DNA of 64,000 nucleotides from contig NC_086097.1 in the NCBI RefSeq assembly GCF_963921235.1, positions 238,764,001-238,828,000 of the forward strand, in the 5' to 3' direction. Below, one piece after another: positions 1 through 13,579 of the stretch; position 1 is the stretch's first letter, and every line of letters starts with the position of its first letter. A program made the position numbers and the translations under genes. The stretch comes from Mobula hypostoma (taxonomy: Eukaryota). The notes beneath the pieces are model-generated. The model was not told where the DNA came from, ran no database searches, and worked only from the letters and a program-made list of their open reading frames with translations.

Positions 1-23
1 GCCTCACTAAGAACTCACAAAAT

Positions 24-305
24 GGCGGCATGGTAACATAGTGGTTAGCACAATGCTTTGCATTACCAGAGACCTGGGTTCAATTCCCATCGCTGCCTAT
101 AGGGAGTCTGTACGTTCCCTCCATGACCGTCTGGGTTTCATCCAGGTGCTCCGATTGCCTCCCGTGGTCAGAAGATAGGTTAATTGGTAGGTTAATTGGT
201 CATTGTAAATTGTTCTGTGATTAGGCGAGGATTAAATCTGGGGATTGCTGGGTGGTGAGGCTCGAAGTGCTGGAAGAGCTTACTCTGTATTGTGTTTCAA
301 TAATA
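24..305 (+). mobile_element. tRNA-derived SINE
   Basis: A-box-like TGGTAACATAGTGG and B-box GGTTCAATTCC, with an AAT-rich tail. Homologous copies lie at ~57608-57890(+), ~19145-19425(-) and ~41350-41635(-). Confidence 0.75.
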
Positions 306-740
306 TTAACCAAACCACTTGAAATACATGCTCAATCCCAATGGATGAGGAGTGAGATGTCCTGCAATTCTATACCTATTTAGTTTAAGGCAGGCTAATG
401 TGCTGCCTCTGAGGAAAGGAATTGGAACAGGCATGGTCAATTTAACGCAGTATTTTTGCACAGTATTTGTGACAATTAACGGTTAAGTGCTTTCAAAGGA
501 GTTAGGAAGATGGTCAGAAATATAATTGAGGCCAGCCTTTATTGTTACCAATGTGACGGCTGTTCTGTGACCACATGCACAATCCTGACCTCCTTATTAC
601 CAAGAGCATTGGTTAGAAATGCTGTCAGTTTAATCGTAAAGTTCTTCAGGCAGTCAAAACCTTTATTCTGGAAAGTCAATGTACATTCTTTTGTAAAATT
701 CAAGTGGTTACACATTTCCCACAATAATGAAAGAAAAATA

Positions 741-1293
741 CGCTCAGTGGCAATTTGTTAAGTACCTCTTGTGCCTAAATAAAATGATCATTGAGTGTAT
801 GTTCATGGTCTTTGACCACTGTGGCCTATCCATTTCAAAGTTCGACATGCTGTGCATTGAGCGATGACCTTCTGCACACCACTGTTGTAATGCGTGGTTA
901 TTTGGGTTCCTGTCACCTTCCTGCCAGTCTAAGCCAGTCTGGCCACCCTTCTCTGACCTCTCTCATTAACAATGTGTTTTCTCCCACAGAACTGCCACTC
1001 ACTGAATGTTTTTGTTTCTCGCACCATTCTCTGTAAATTCTAGAGACTGTTGTGCATGAAAATCCCAAGAGATCGGCAGCTTCTGAGATACTCAAACCAC
1101 CCTGTCTGGCACCAACGGTCACTCCACAGTCAAAGTCACTTAGATCACATTTCTTCCCCAGTCTGTCGTTGGGTTGAACCTCTTGACCATGTCTGCATGC
1201 TTTTATGCATTGAGTTACTGTCTCATGATTGGCTTAGACAGTTCTATTACTGAGCAGGTGTACAGGTGTACCTAATAAAGTGGCTACTCAGTG
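741..1293 (-). mobile_element. Non-autonomous Tc1-like DNA transposon
   Basis: Degenerate TIRs cgctcagtggcaattt.../...aataaagtggctactcagtg with TA on the left. HTH transposase remnant GLSISEAADLLGFSCTTVSRIYREW (913-1122). Confidence 0.8.
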
Positions 1294-3616
1294 CGTATAA
1301 ACCAAGTGAAGTGCAATTGGAAGTTAATGTTTGAACAGAATTGAATAAATTGATAAAGATTAAATTTATTAAATTAATATTAAAGGTTAAAGATTAATTT
1401 CATTTGTCAAATGTACATGAAACATATACTGAAATGCATCACTTGCATCAAATCAAGGAGCAAGGAATATGCTAAGCAGCCTGCACGTGTCGCCACACTT
1501 CCAGCACCAACATAATATGCCCGGAATTCACTAATCCTAACCATACATCTTTTGAATGTGGAGGGAAACTAGAGCATCCAGAGGAAACCCACACTGTCAC
1601 AGGGAGAATGTACAAACTCCTTACAGACATCATCTGGCATCGACCCCCGATCTTATAGACGGTGCTGTAAAGTGTTGAGCTAACTGTAACAGAGGAGTTT
1701 TTTTTTTGTACAAGAAGGTTGGGTGGGACTACAACCAGAGGTCATGGATTAAAGGAGAAAGGCGAAAAGTATAAAGGGAACATGAGGGGCTGTGAGAGTG
1801 TGGAATGAGCTGCCAGTGCACGTGGTGATGCGAGCTCGATTTCAACGTTTAAGCAAAGTTTGGATCGGTACACGGATGGTGTGAAGAGTTGTGTCCCAGT
1901 GCAGTTCAATGCAAGTAGGCCATTTAAATTATTCATCACAGACTGGATAGGCCAAAGGGCCTTTTTGTGTTCTGGAATTTTCTATGACTTTAAGATCTGA
2001 AAATGAATGGATATGTACTCCAGAACATAACCCAATTTTTTTCAGGGCTGTGATTCACTTGAGAACTAACTTTTGCTTTGATACTTCTCAAGGAAGATAG
2101 GATAGCCTGACTTATCACAAATCCTAGTGATGGAATCTGAATTCTTCTAAGCATCTGGATAATGGGAAAAAAAGCAGTTATAAATGCCGAGAATCACAAT
2201 TCCAACAGATGTGGAATATAAAGTGAAGTTGTTTAGGAAAGAAGCCAAGGTTTATCTCAACACTACTCTTCGTTAAGTACTAACACTCCATTGTGCAACT
2301 GTTCTATTACAGAAATTGTACTGTTGCTGAATATCAACAGTCTTTGCATTATGAGCTGTCCAATACACTTCTACAAATTCAGTGGGTTTGTAAAAATAAA
2401 ACTGTTTCATTTTGTAGCCTTAAATGAACAACTTTAACAATCACAGAACAAGCGCACTTTTTGAATAAGTTAACTAAGTAAGAATAATCTGCAATGCTTC
2501 TTTACCTGGGAAGATTTCATTGGGAACTTTCAGGGGAATAATATTGGTTAATTTTCTGTGCAGTAGAATCAATGTTAGGACTAGAAATCGTTAAATACTG
2601 TTGTTCGACTACCAGCAACAGTTTTGGTTGTGAGCTTGCTATCACAGGCCTCAGACAACTGAGCCCCAATTGCTTGAGCACTACTGACCAGCCATTATCT
2701 CACTTTCCTATGGATATTTTCCAGTTCCAGATACTTAGAAATGGGAGTGGAGGAGGGCTTCGAGAGTCTGATGTTTCTAACGTCCATTCTTTGGAGCTAC
2801 TTGTTTCATGGATGTCTGTGAAGTGTAAGGATTTCAGGTTGTATACCGCATATATTCTCTGATATTAATTTGAACCCTTCAAGATAGGACTGACAAATGG
2901 GTTTGTTGGGGTTTGTTGTATGAAAGGCTGTCTGGGGCTTTGAACGAAGAGAGGAGGAGAGCACAGTTAACAGTTTTATGCCCCAATGCATTGAGATATA
3001 TTGAAATAGTTCAGGAGATCCGAAGTCAACTGTTAGGAGTTCCATAGTGGCCTATCAAAACACTGGGCCTTGGATAACCAGGAGATGGCTTTGGAGGTGT
3101 CACAAGGGTATGAGGTTGATATCTGTGGCTGGTGTCATTTTCGGAAGGGCCGATATATGGGTAGGCAAGGAGACTTAATTTGGTGGGTTCCATTCCAGTA
3201 CTGTATAACAAGAATGTTGTTATCCTGGAAGTATTTAACAATGGACACCCAAGGTCATAGAGAAATTGTAAAAACACAAAAAAGGCTACAAATGTTAGAA
3301 ATCCACAAGATGCTGATGGAACTCGGCAGGCAATGCAGCATCTGTGGAGATGAGGTAACAGTTGAGGTATCAGATTGAGACCCCTCATCAAGATTTGGGA
3401 AATTGTGTCGTCTACACTAACATCACTCATGGAGAGATGTCAATGGTCAAATTTGCAAAGTGGTGCAAAATGACACTGAAAATGATGGTTATTGGATTTT
3501 CCTTGGTAAAAGGTCCATTTTCCAATTTGGTAGCATTGAAGTGAAGTGCCACAGTAATATATCTCCATGAATTAGATTTCTTAGATCAGATATTTATCCA
3601 TTCTCCCTTAAAATTA

Positions 3617-3850
3617 GAACATAGAACACAGAACAGTGCAGCGCTGTACAGGCCATTCAACCCACAATGTTGTGCTGAGCCTTAAACCCTGCCTCCCATA
3701 TAGCCCCCCACCTTAAATACCTCCGTATACCTGTCTAGTACTCTCTTAAACTTCACTAGTGTATCTTCCTCCACCACTGACTCAGGCAGTGCATTCCATG
3801 CACCAACCACTCTGAGCAAAAAACCTTCCTCTAATATTCCCCTTGAACTT
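3617..3850 (-). mobile_element. CR1 LINE 3' fragment
   Basis: Closely similar to the 3' end of the CR1 at 9588-9830, with an (atagaac)-type tail. Confidence 0.8.
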
Positions 3851-3944
3851 CCCTCTTGAAATCCCCCTTGAAATATTAATTTTCAGTTTGGATCTTCAAC
3901 TTTAATTCTCAGGGGATCACAGATCACATCACTAGATCACTGAA

Positions 3945-5124
3945 CCAACACACATCAAAGTTGCTGGTGAACGCAGCAGGCCAAGCAGCATCTGTAGGAA
4001 GAGGTGCAGTCGACGTTTCAGGCCAGGACCCTTTGTCAGGACTAACTGAAGGAAGAGTGAGTAAGGGATTTGAAAGTTGGAGGGGGAGGGGGAGATCCAA
4101 AATGATAGGAGAAGACAGGAGGGGGAGGGATAGAGCCGAGAGCTGGACAGGTGATTGGCAAAAGGGATACGAGAGGATCATGGGACAGGAGGTCCGGGAA
4201 GAAAGACAAGTGGGGGGGAACCCAGAGGATGGGCAAGAGGTATATTCAGAGGGACAGAGGGAGAAAAAGGAGAGTGAGAGAAAGAATGTGTGTATAAAAA
4301 TAAGTAACAGATGGGGTACGAGGGGGAGGTGGGGCATTAGCGGAAGTTAGAGAAGTCGATGTTCATGCCATCAGGTTGGAAGCTACCCAGATGGAATATA
4401 AGGTGTTGTTCCTCCAACCTGAGTGTGGCTTCATCTTTACAGTAGAGGAGGCCGTGGATAGACATGTCAGAATGGGAATGGGATGTGGAATTAAAATGTG
4501 TGGCCACTGGGAGATCCTGCTTTCTCTGGCGGACAGAGCGTAGATGTTCAGCAAAGCGGTCTCCCAGTCTGCGTCGGGTCTCGTCAATATATAAAAGGCC
4601 ACATCGGGAGCACCGGACACAGTATATCACCCCAGTCGACTCACAGGTGAAGTGTTGCCTCACCTGGAAGGACTGTTTGGGGCCCTGAATGGTGGTAAGG
4701 GAGGAAGTGTAAGGGCATGTGTAGCACTTGATCCGCTTACACGGATAAGTGCCAGGAGGGAGATCAGTGGGGAGGGATGGGGGGGACGAATGGACAAGGG
4801 AGTTGTGTAGGGAGCGATCCCTGTGGAATGCAGAGAGAGTCGGGGAGGGAAAGATGTGCTTAGTGGTGGGATCCCGTTGGAGGTGGTGGAAGTTACGGAG
4901 AATAATATGTTGGACCCGGAGGCTGGTGGGGTGGTAGGTGAGGACCAGGGGAGCCCTATTCCTAGTGGGGTGGCGGGAGGATGGAGTGAGAGCAGATGTA
5001 CGTGAAATGGGGGAGATGCGTTTAAGAGCAGAGTTGATAGCGGAGGAAGGGAAACCCCTTTCTTTAAAAAAGGAAGACATCTCCCTCGTCCTAGAATGAA
5101 AAGCCTCATCCTGAGAGCAGATGC
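3945..5124 (-). mobile_element. 5'-truncated Penelope-like retroelement (GIY-YIG endonuclease plus 3' terminal repeat)
   Basis: ORF 4337-5080 has CKRIKCYTC and GVIYCVRCSRCGLLYIDET..RFAEH, a GIY-YIG domain with the PLE Cys linker. The 3' terminus carries a hammerhead-like motif. A 14-bp direct repeat ACTAGATCACTGAA lies at 3931-3944 and 5312-5325. Confidence 0.9.
4007..4044 (-). ncRNA. Minimal type-I hammerhead ribozyme motif (degenerate, G8>A)
   Basis: Minus strand: UAGUC-CUGACAA-A-GGGUCCUGGCCU-GAAA-CGUC-GACUG. Stem I UAGUC/GACUG, stem II, and a palindromic ACGU in place of stem III. Confidence 0.65.
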
Positions 5125-5293
5125 CCTAGAATGAAAAGCCTCACTCTGAGAGCAGATGCCCTAGAATGAAAAACTTCATCCTTAGAGCAGATGCCTTAGA
5201 ATGAAAAGCCTCACCCTGAGAGCAGATGCCCTAGAATGAAAAGCCTCACCCTGAGACCAGATACCTAGAATGAAAAGCCTCATCCTGAGAGCA
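5091..5293. repeat. 35-bp tandem repeat, ~5.8 copies, derived from Penelope coding sequence
   Basis: Unit CTAGAATGAAAAGCCTCATCCTGAGAGCAGATGCC starting at 5091, 5126, 5161, 5196, 5231 and 5265. Confidence 0.95.
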
Positions 5294-6394
5294 ACATTCT
5301 TCGGCTCTTCAACTAGATCACTGAATTAATTTATGAAATTCAGTGCTTTGAGTCGTTCTAAGCAGATTTGCTTTCAAGGACTCTGGAACTCATATTCTCA
5401 ATATTATTTATTTATTATTATTATTTTTGTATTTGGAAAGATTGTCTTCTTTTGCACATTGCTGTCTGTAAGCCTTTATTGAGTGTGTGTGGTTTTTCCA
5501 TTGATTCTATTGTATTTCATTATTCTACTGTGAATACCTGTAAGAAAATGAATCCTAGGGTAGTGTATGGTAATATTCAATACTTTGATAATGAATTTGC
5601 TTCAAACTTTGAACTTTAGAAGAATGTTGCTGGATAAATAGATTATTTTTATTCTTGTATTTCAGCATTCAATTTTTTAATTAAGTAAATTTTTGCACAT
5701 GGGCCTGCAGTTGAAGAATTAATGCTGTTTTCTACATTCCTGGGCTTGCTTTGTTTGCTGGAAAGGTTGTATATTAAAGTTCATTGACAGAGGGAGAAAA
5801 TCCTCCTTAGATAAGGCTGTTTGGGGTTCCATACTCAGCCATGTTCTTCAAGGGCACTAGCATACCCACCATTGAGGATATCTTCAATAGACAATGCCTC
5901 AAAAAGGCAGGATCCATCAGCCACCAAGGACATGCTCCCTTTTGATTCTCAGATAGAGACAAGAGGGTGTACAGGAATGAGATATACAAGCTATTTAAGT
6001 GGCGTTGTAGCAGCAACCTTGCACTCAAAGTCAGGAAGACCAAAGAGCTGATTGTGGACTTCAAAGAGGGTAAGATGAGGGAACACAAACCAATCCTCAC
6101 AGAGGATTCAGAATTGAAAAGGTGGGCTAGCTAGAAGTGATAGGTGAAGCCTGATCAGTGGGAAAGATGAAGAACTGGAGAGGAAGGAATCTGATAGGAA
6201 AAGAGAAGAGAGTGAATCATGGGAGGAAGGGAAGGAAGAGGGCACCCAGGAGGAGGTGATAGGCAGGTGAGAAGACATAACAGGCCAGTGTGGGGATTAG
6301 AAGAAGTGGGGAGGGGCATGGAAAAATTATTTACCAGAAGGAAAAATCAATATTCATGCTATCAGGTTTGATTTATATATCAGGGCAATATTCA

Positions 6395-6930
6395 TAGAAC
6401 GTAGAAATCTACAACACATTACAAGCACTTTGGCCCACAAAATTGTGCTGACCATGTAACCTACTCTAGAAACGGCCTAGAATTTCCCTACCACTTCACC
6501 CTCAATTTTTCAACACTCCATGTACCTATCTAAGTGTCTCTTAAAAGGTCCTATTGTATCCGCCTCTACCACCCTCACTGGAAGAGCTTGCCATGCACTC
6601 AGCACTCTCTGTGTCCAATTCAGGCAACATCCTTGTAACCTTCCTCTGCACTCTCTCTATAGTATCCACATCCTTCCTGTAGTGAAGTGACCAGCACTGG
6701 ACACAGTACTCCAAGTTGGGTCTAACCAAGGCCTCATATAGCTGTAACATTACCTCATGGCTCTTGAACTCAATCCCACAAGACCAACACACTATACACC
6801 TTCTTAACAACACTGTCAACCTGCGCAGCAAATTTGAGTGTCCTATGGACACGGACCCCGAGGTCTCTCTGATCCTCCACACTATCAGAATCGTATTCTG
6901 TCTTCAAATTTGACCTACCAAAATGAATTC
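6395..6930 (-). mobile_element. Degenerate CR1 LINE 3' fragment
   Basis: LYEALVRPNLEYCVQCWS..DVDTIERVQR motif in ORF 6541-6882. Confidence 0.8.
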
Positions 6931-7508
6931 AGCCGGAAATCTACTGATTTTTACCACTCACAACTTAATTTTTAAGTTCCCACATCTGAACATTTTCTGT
7001 CCAAAGTAATTTGAAATTTATAATCAGAGCCTATCACCTAGGAATTACATCCATCTGAAATGGATCATCAAAGATCATGGTTGAAAGCAATTTAAGGCTG
7101 TAATGCCGGAATTTCATAACAATTTTCTTGCTTTTCTGTGAAAGAACTAATAATCCCCCAGAAATTAAATTTGAGGTGACAATTTTAATTATGTGGCTAT
7201 TGCACAGATGCATAACCAAGTTCTTCAGACAACAAGCTTGGAGGATTTAACTCTTCAAATTCATGCAAGAAATTTCATTTCCTATTTGAGGTCATTTTCT
7301 TATTCAGCTAACATTGGGTTTCTATGATTATATTGTCCAGAATGTCCAGAGGGATTAAAACTAACGCAATGCACTTTAAAAACTTATCCTAAGAACAAGG
7401 AATTCAGCAGATGCTAGGAATCTTCACAATGGACACAAAATGCTGGAGGAACTTGGCAAGTCAGACAGCATCTATGGAAAGGAATAAATAATCAGTGTAG
7501 CGGGCCAG

Positions 7509-7755
7509 TGTAATGTTTTGTAACATCAAACTATTAAACTAATTTATAGAAGGACGTGGGAATCCAAAATGCAGGTCTAACTTTGAGTTAACCTTAAGTG
7601 AGGCGCACATGTATCATGTGGTAATGTAATAACATATGCAATTCACATATTTTTACATGTGACCCATAATTAATTATTTAAATGAACAAGAACATTTAAT
7701 AAACCAATATATATAGAAGATTGCTGAAATATTATTGAAACATTAAGTGCGCACA
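7509..7755. mobile_element. TG...CA-bounded 247-bp insertion (possible solo LTR) inside a Penelope terminus
   Basis: Starts TGTAAT and ends GCACA. Flanked by GCCAG/GCTAG (5 bp, 1 mismatch). Removing it restores the PLE-terminus motif cgggccaggacccttcatcagg. Confidence 0.5.
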
Positions 7756-9587
7756 GCTAGGACCCTTCATCAGGACTTGAAAAGTAGAGGCAGATGCTAG
7801 AATAAGAAGGTGGAGGGAGGAAAAGCTTGTCTACTAGCTGTAATACAAGATAAATCTATTCTTACAAGCATCTATAATTTACTCTGTACTTTACAATTTC
7901 TCTATTTTCATCTCTTAGCTTCAATTTTTGCAGTGGACTGATTTTCTTCCTTTTTCTTCTTTGAGCTGTTGCCTTAGGAGAGAGGTTGTATTTTACAGCT
8001 TGCCAAAACCAAGTCTCTTCTGGGATTAAGTATTAGTGACTGAATCAAAAACAGATTAACCCTGCCACATGAAACATTCTCAAGCAGCAACAGCAGTCTC
8101 CTACTAAATAGCATTTCACGAGTAAGCATGTGGTCTTCATGCTTAATGAGTGACTGGATGTAATGCATCCCATATTGTTCTCGATAGCATGGCAGATATT
8201 AGCAGATGCGGTTGACTGGCAGAGCTAAGCTTTTAAATTTATTAACTTTATTAATTTTACATCAAACATCAGAACATGCAGTGACGTCCCAGGCCATAGT
8301 TAAGTAAGTAGTGCAAAAATATAGAAATAAAAAAAAAGAGTCGTAAGTTAATGTTCATGGGTTCAATGTCCACTCAGATATCTATTGGCAGAGGGAAGAT
8401 GCTGGTCCTGAATCACCGAGTGTATGCCTTCAGGCTTCTGTACCTCCTCCCTGGTGGCAGCGAAGAGTACAGAGCATGACTGGGGTGATGGGTGATGCTG
8501 CCTTTTTGAGGCATCGATCCTTGAAGGTGCCCAGGATACTACAAAGGCTCATCCCAATGATGGAGCTGACTAATTTTACAACTCTCCACAGCTACTTCAA
8601 TCCTGCGCAGTCGTCCGCTCATGTCAGATGGTAATGAAGCCAGTTAGAATGCTCTCCATGGTATATCAGTAGAAAATTGTGAGTGCTTTTGGTGACATAC
8701 CAAATCTTTTCGGACTCCTAATGAAATATAGCCCTAACAGCCAGCAGCATTATGGGCAACTGAAAAACAACTTACTAACCCTAACCTGTACATCTTTCGA
8801 ACGTGAGAGAAAGCTGGAGCACCTGGAGGATACCCACGCAGCCACAGAGAGAGCGTACAAACTCTTTACAGGCAGTAGTAGGAATCGAATCCCCATCTTA
8901 CAGCTGGTGTTGTAATGCATTTCATATGCCACCCACAAATTTACACAAACAAGAAACCTATCAATATTGAAATGACTGACAAACAAATCTGATTGCTAGT
9001 CAGAGAGTGGATGAATCACTTGCATGTCTTACTGACATTGCCACGTTCCTTCACTTCCATCAGTATGCAAATTTGATTGTTGCCGTAGGCAGTCGCCCAA
9101 ACAACAATAAACATCAAGGTTCAGATTTCTACATCAGTGCCTGAAGAGGCATTTAAATTACCTTGTGATCATACAGAGAGATTAGGACTGGTGTGGAGTG
9201 AATAGGGGAAGGACATTTGCAACGTGATCTGGACCATGGACTTGGAAGGGTGATTCACACAAGAGTGTATATCAGCCTGGCTTTCTGGTGCAGGATGGTC
9301 TTGTTGGTTAACATTTTGGTTGGGACTCATCGACCCATTGTCAGGACTTCTGAAGTCAGGGTGTTAGCCCAAAATGCTGACTGTTCGTTTCCCTTCATTG
9401 ATGCTGCCTGACTTGCTGGGAAGAAAGGCAGAGTGTTTTATGGAGGGAATTTCAGAGCTTAGAGCCATGGCAATCAAAGGTACAGCCAACCAATGAGTAA
9501 GCCATTAAGTCTGGTTAACATCAGAGGCCATAATCCATCATGGATGAGGAATTCTATTCATCTAATGTAGGCAGTCTGGTGGATATA

Positions 9588-11190
9588 GAACATAGGGCAT
9601 AGAACATAGAATAGTACAGCACATTACAGGCTCTTCAGCCCACAATGTTGTGCCGACCCTCAAACCCTGCCTCCCATATACCCCCCCCAACTTAATTTCC
9701 TCCATATACCTGTCTAGTAGTCTCATTAAATTTCGCTAGTGTATCTGCCTCCACCACTGACTCAGGCCGTGCATTCCACGCACCAACCACTCTCTGAGTA
9801 AAAACCTTCCTCTAATATCCCCCTTGAACTTCCCACCCCTTACCTTAAAGACACGTCTTCTTGTATTGAGCAGTGGTGCCCTGGGGAAGAGGTGCTGGCT
9901 GTCCACTCTATCTATTCCTCTTAATATCTTGTACACCTCTATCATGTCTCCTCTCATCCTCCTTCTCTCCAAAGAGTAAAACCCTAGCTCCCTTAATCTC
10001 TGATCATAATGCATACTCTCCAAACCAGGCAGCATCCTGATAAATCTCCTCTGGACCCTTTCCAATGCTTCCACATCCTTCCTATAGTGAGACGACCAGA
10101 ACTGGACACAGTACTCCAAGTGTGGCCTAACCAGAGTTTTATAGAGCTTCATCATTCCAATGCGACTCTCAAACTCTATCCCTCTACTTATGAAAGCTAA
10201 CACCCCATAAGCTTTCTTAACTACCCTATCTACCTGTGAGGCAACTTTCAGGGATCTGTGGACATGTACTCCCAGATCCCTCTGCTCCTCCACACTACCA
10301 AGTATCCTGCCATTTACTTTGTACTCTGCCTTGGAGTTTGTCCTTCCAAAGTGTACCACCTCACACTTCTCCCGGTTGAACTCCATCTGCCACTTCTCAG
10401 CCCACTTCTGCATCCTATCAATGTCTCTCTGCAATCTTTGACAATCCTCTACACTATCTACAACACCACCAACCTTTGTGTCGTCTGCAAACTTGCCAAA
10501 CCACCCTTCTACCCCCACATCCAGGTCGTTAATAAAAATCACGAAAAGTAGAGGTCCCAGAACAGATCCTTGTGGGACACCACTAGTCACAACACTCCAA
10601 TCTGAATGTACTCCCTCCACCTCAACCCTCTGCCTTCTGCAGGCAAGCCCGTTCTGAATCCACCTGGCCAAACTTCCCTGGATCCCATGCCTTCTGACTT
10701 TCTGAATAAGCCAACCGTGTGGAACCTTGTCAAATGCCTTACTAAAATCCATATAGATCACATCCACTGCACTACCCTCATCTATATGCCCGGTCACCTC
10801 CTCAAAGAACTCTATCAGGCTTGTTAGACATGATCTACCCTTCACAAAACCATGCTGATTGTCCCTGATCAGACCATGATTCTCTATATGCCCATAGATC
10901 CTACCCCTAAGAATCTTTTCCAATAGCTTTCCCACCACAGATGTAAGGCTCACTGGTCTATAATTACCCGGACTACCCCTACTACTTTTTTCAAACAAGG
11001 GGAGAAAATTCAACTCCCTCCAATCCTCCAGTACCATTCCCGTGGACAACAAGGACATAAAGATCCTAGCCAGAGGCTCAGCAATCTCTTCCCTCGCCTC
11101 GTGGAGCAGCCTGGGGAATATTCTGTCAGGCCCCGGAGACTTATCCGTCCTAATGTATATTAACAACTCCAACACCTCCTCTCATTAACA
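9588..11190 (-). mobile_element. CR1 LINE, 5'-truncated, RT region largely open
   Basis: 479-aa ORF 9736-11175 with KSPGPD, YRPVSLTS, DFSKAFD, GVPQGSVLGP, FADD and LVRPHLEYC motifs, plus an (atagaac) tail. Confidence 0.95.
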
Positions 11191-13579
11191 CTAGGAAGAG
11201 CATCCCACTCAGATTCTGATTTATTGATCACATGTACTAAATTGTATAACGGACGGGTGCATCCATTGTCTACGTAGACAGACAGAGACATGATGATGTA
11301 CTAAATTGAATGTCAGCATGAAATGCGTCATTTTGCATTAACAACCAACACACTCAAGGATGTGCTGGGAGAAGCCTGCAAGTGTCACCATACATTTCAG
11401 TGCCCACATAGGATGCTCACCATGCTTGGCAGAACAGCACAGAATACAACAAAACAGAACATACAGAAGTGACAAAGCATGCATACAAAACAGAAATGAC
11501 AAAGCAACAGCAGCAAAACAAGCTCTGTTCCTCCCTCCCACACACCCACGCATGCACGCACTCCCCTAACCCCAGGACAGGCCACCTTCAGCCTCCAGTC
11601 TCCAGTAGATTGATCAATTTGCAGACCTTAGCCCTTTGACTTCCTCGGCAGAGTCACAGACAGTGGCTGGCTCGGGGCTGCCAGATCACCGTTGCTTGCA
11701 GGAAAGAGGAAGAAACTAAGCAAAGGATTTCCCCCGGAAGCAAAGACTGGATTGCTCTTTGAACAGAACTTGAAACAGAAGTGTTGATGTGATGAAGGGG
11801 TTCCTGGGAAATTGGATTAGTAGCTGCAGAGGGTTGTAAAGTTAGTCAGTTTGGGCACTAGCCTCCCTAACATCCAAGACACCATCAAGAAGCGGTGCCT
11901 GTGAAAGACGGTGTCGATCATTAAGGTCCTGCACCACCCATCTCATTGTTATCATCAGGAAGGAGGTACAGAAGCCTGAAGGCATGCACTCCGCAATTCA
12001 GGAACAGCTTCTTCCCCTCTGCCATTCCATTTCTAAATGTATGAACATCCATGAATGCTACCTCACCACACTTTCTTTTAAATTTCTGTTTTTTGACTTC
12101 TTAATTTAACTATTTAATGCACATGCATATACTTACTGTAATTCAGCTTTTCCCCGATATTTATCAAGTATTGCATTGGACTGCTGCCACAAAGTTAACA
12201 AATTTTATGCCGCATGCCAGTGATATTAAACCTGATCTGATTCTGAAAAGGAATGGTAGATTATCTTACGAACTTGCCATTTCAAATACCTCCTTCCAGA
12301 AATGAGGGTACAGAATTACAAACAGGACCACCAATGTGGTATTGGGACATTCAAGGGGAATAGGAAGAAGACACAGGAAAATACCAAGACAGGGAGAGGG
12401 GAAAGAGGAATGCAGGAGAGTTATAGTATATGGAGGAGAGGGAGATGACAGGAATTCTAAAGTGTCTGCTTGAAGCCATTGGAAGGATAACATCTACAAC
12501 AGCTATTCGGCTGAATGAGAAGTGCAGGGATATCTCTGTGGAGGAGATTTCAGAAACTGGTAGGATATTGTCATGGTAGAATTTGAAAACAAGGAGGTAA
12601 AACAGTGGATACAGCCCAGTCCATCACAGGCAAAGCTCTCCCCACCGTTGAACACATCTGCAAGGAGCACTGCCACAAGACATCAGCATCCATCACCAAA
12701 GACATCAAAAATTTGGCAGATGCTGAAAATCCAAACCAACACTCAAAGAATGCTGGAGGAACTCAGCAGGTCAGGCCGCAGCTATGGAGATGAATAAACA
12801 GTCAATGTTTCAGGCCGAGACCTTTCATTAGGACTGGAAAGAAAGGGGAAAGGCTTCAATGAGCTCCTCCATCCAAGCCTTCCGTTCTTCTCACTACTAC
12901 AATTGTGGAGGAGGGTCAGAAGCCTTAGGTCTCATACCTCCAGGTTCAGGAACAGTTATTACCCAACAACTATGAGGTTCCTATACTGGCGTGGATAACT
13001 TCAACAAACCTACTCTGAGCTGATTCCGCTTTCCTCTCCTATCAGATTCCTCCTACTTCAGCTCTTGAACTTTTCCACCTATCACCTCACAGCTTCTTAC
13101 GTCATTCCCCTTCCCCCACCCACCTGGCTTCACCTATCATCTTCTAGCTTGTATTCCTTCCTCTCCCCCCAGCTTCTTATTCTGGCTTCTTCCCCTTTTG
13201 TTTCCAGTCCTTATGAAGGGTCTCGGCCTGAAACATTGACTATTTATTCCTCTCCATAAGTGCTGTCTGACCTACTGAGTTCCTCCAGCATTTTGTACGT
13301 GTTACTCTAGATTCACAGCATTTGCAGAAACTCTTGTTTACAACCTACAAACTCACTTTCAATGACTCTTTACAACCCATGTTCTAAGTATTATTTTATT
13401 TGCACTATTTGTCTTCTTTTGCACATTGGTTGCTTGTGAGTCTTTTATGTTTATGTCTAATTTTTCATAAAATTCTATAATAATTCTGTAATATTTCATT
13501 CTATAATATTTCATAAATGCCTGCAAGAAAATGAATCTCAAGGTAGCATATGGTACCATATCTGTACTTTGATTATAAA

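Noticed and set aside
24..95. tRNA gene
   Set aside because: A and B boxes are present but there is no cloverleaf; the sequence continues into a multi-copy SINE body.
2500..3260. Possible exon or TE coding remnant (ORFs 2572-2862, 2806-3045, 3026-3430)
   Set aside because: No recognisable domain or convincing splice-bounded frame; left unassigned.
5091..5293. CRISPR-like array
   Set aside because: Contiguous 35-bp units with no unique spacers, derived from adjacent retroelement sequence in vertebrate DNA.
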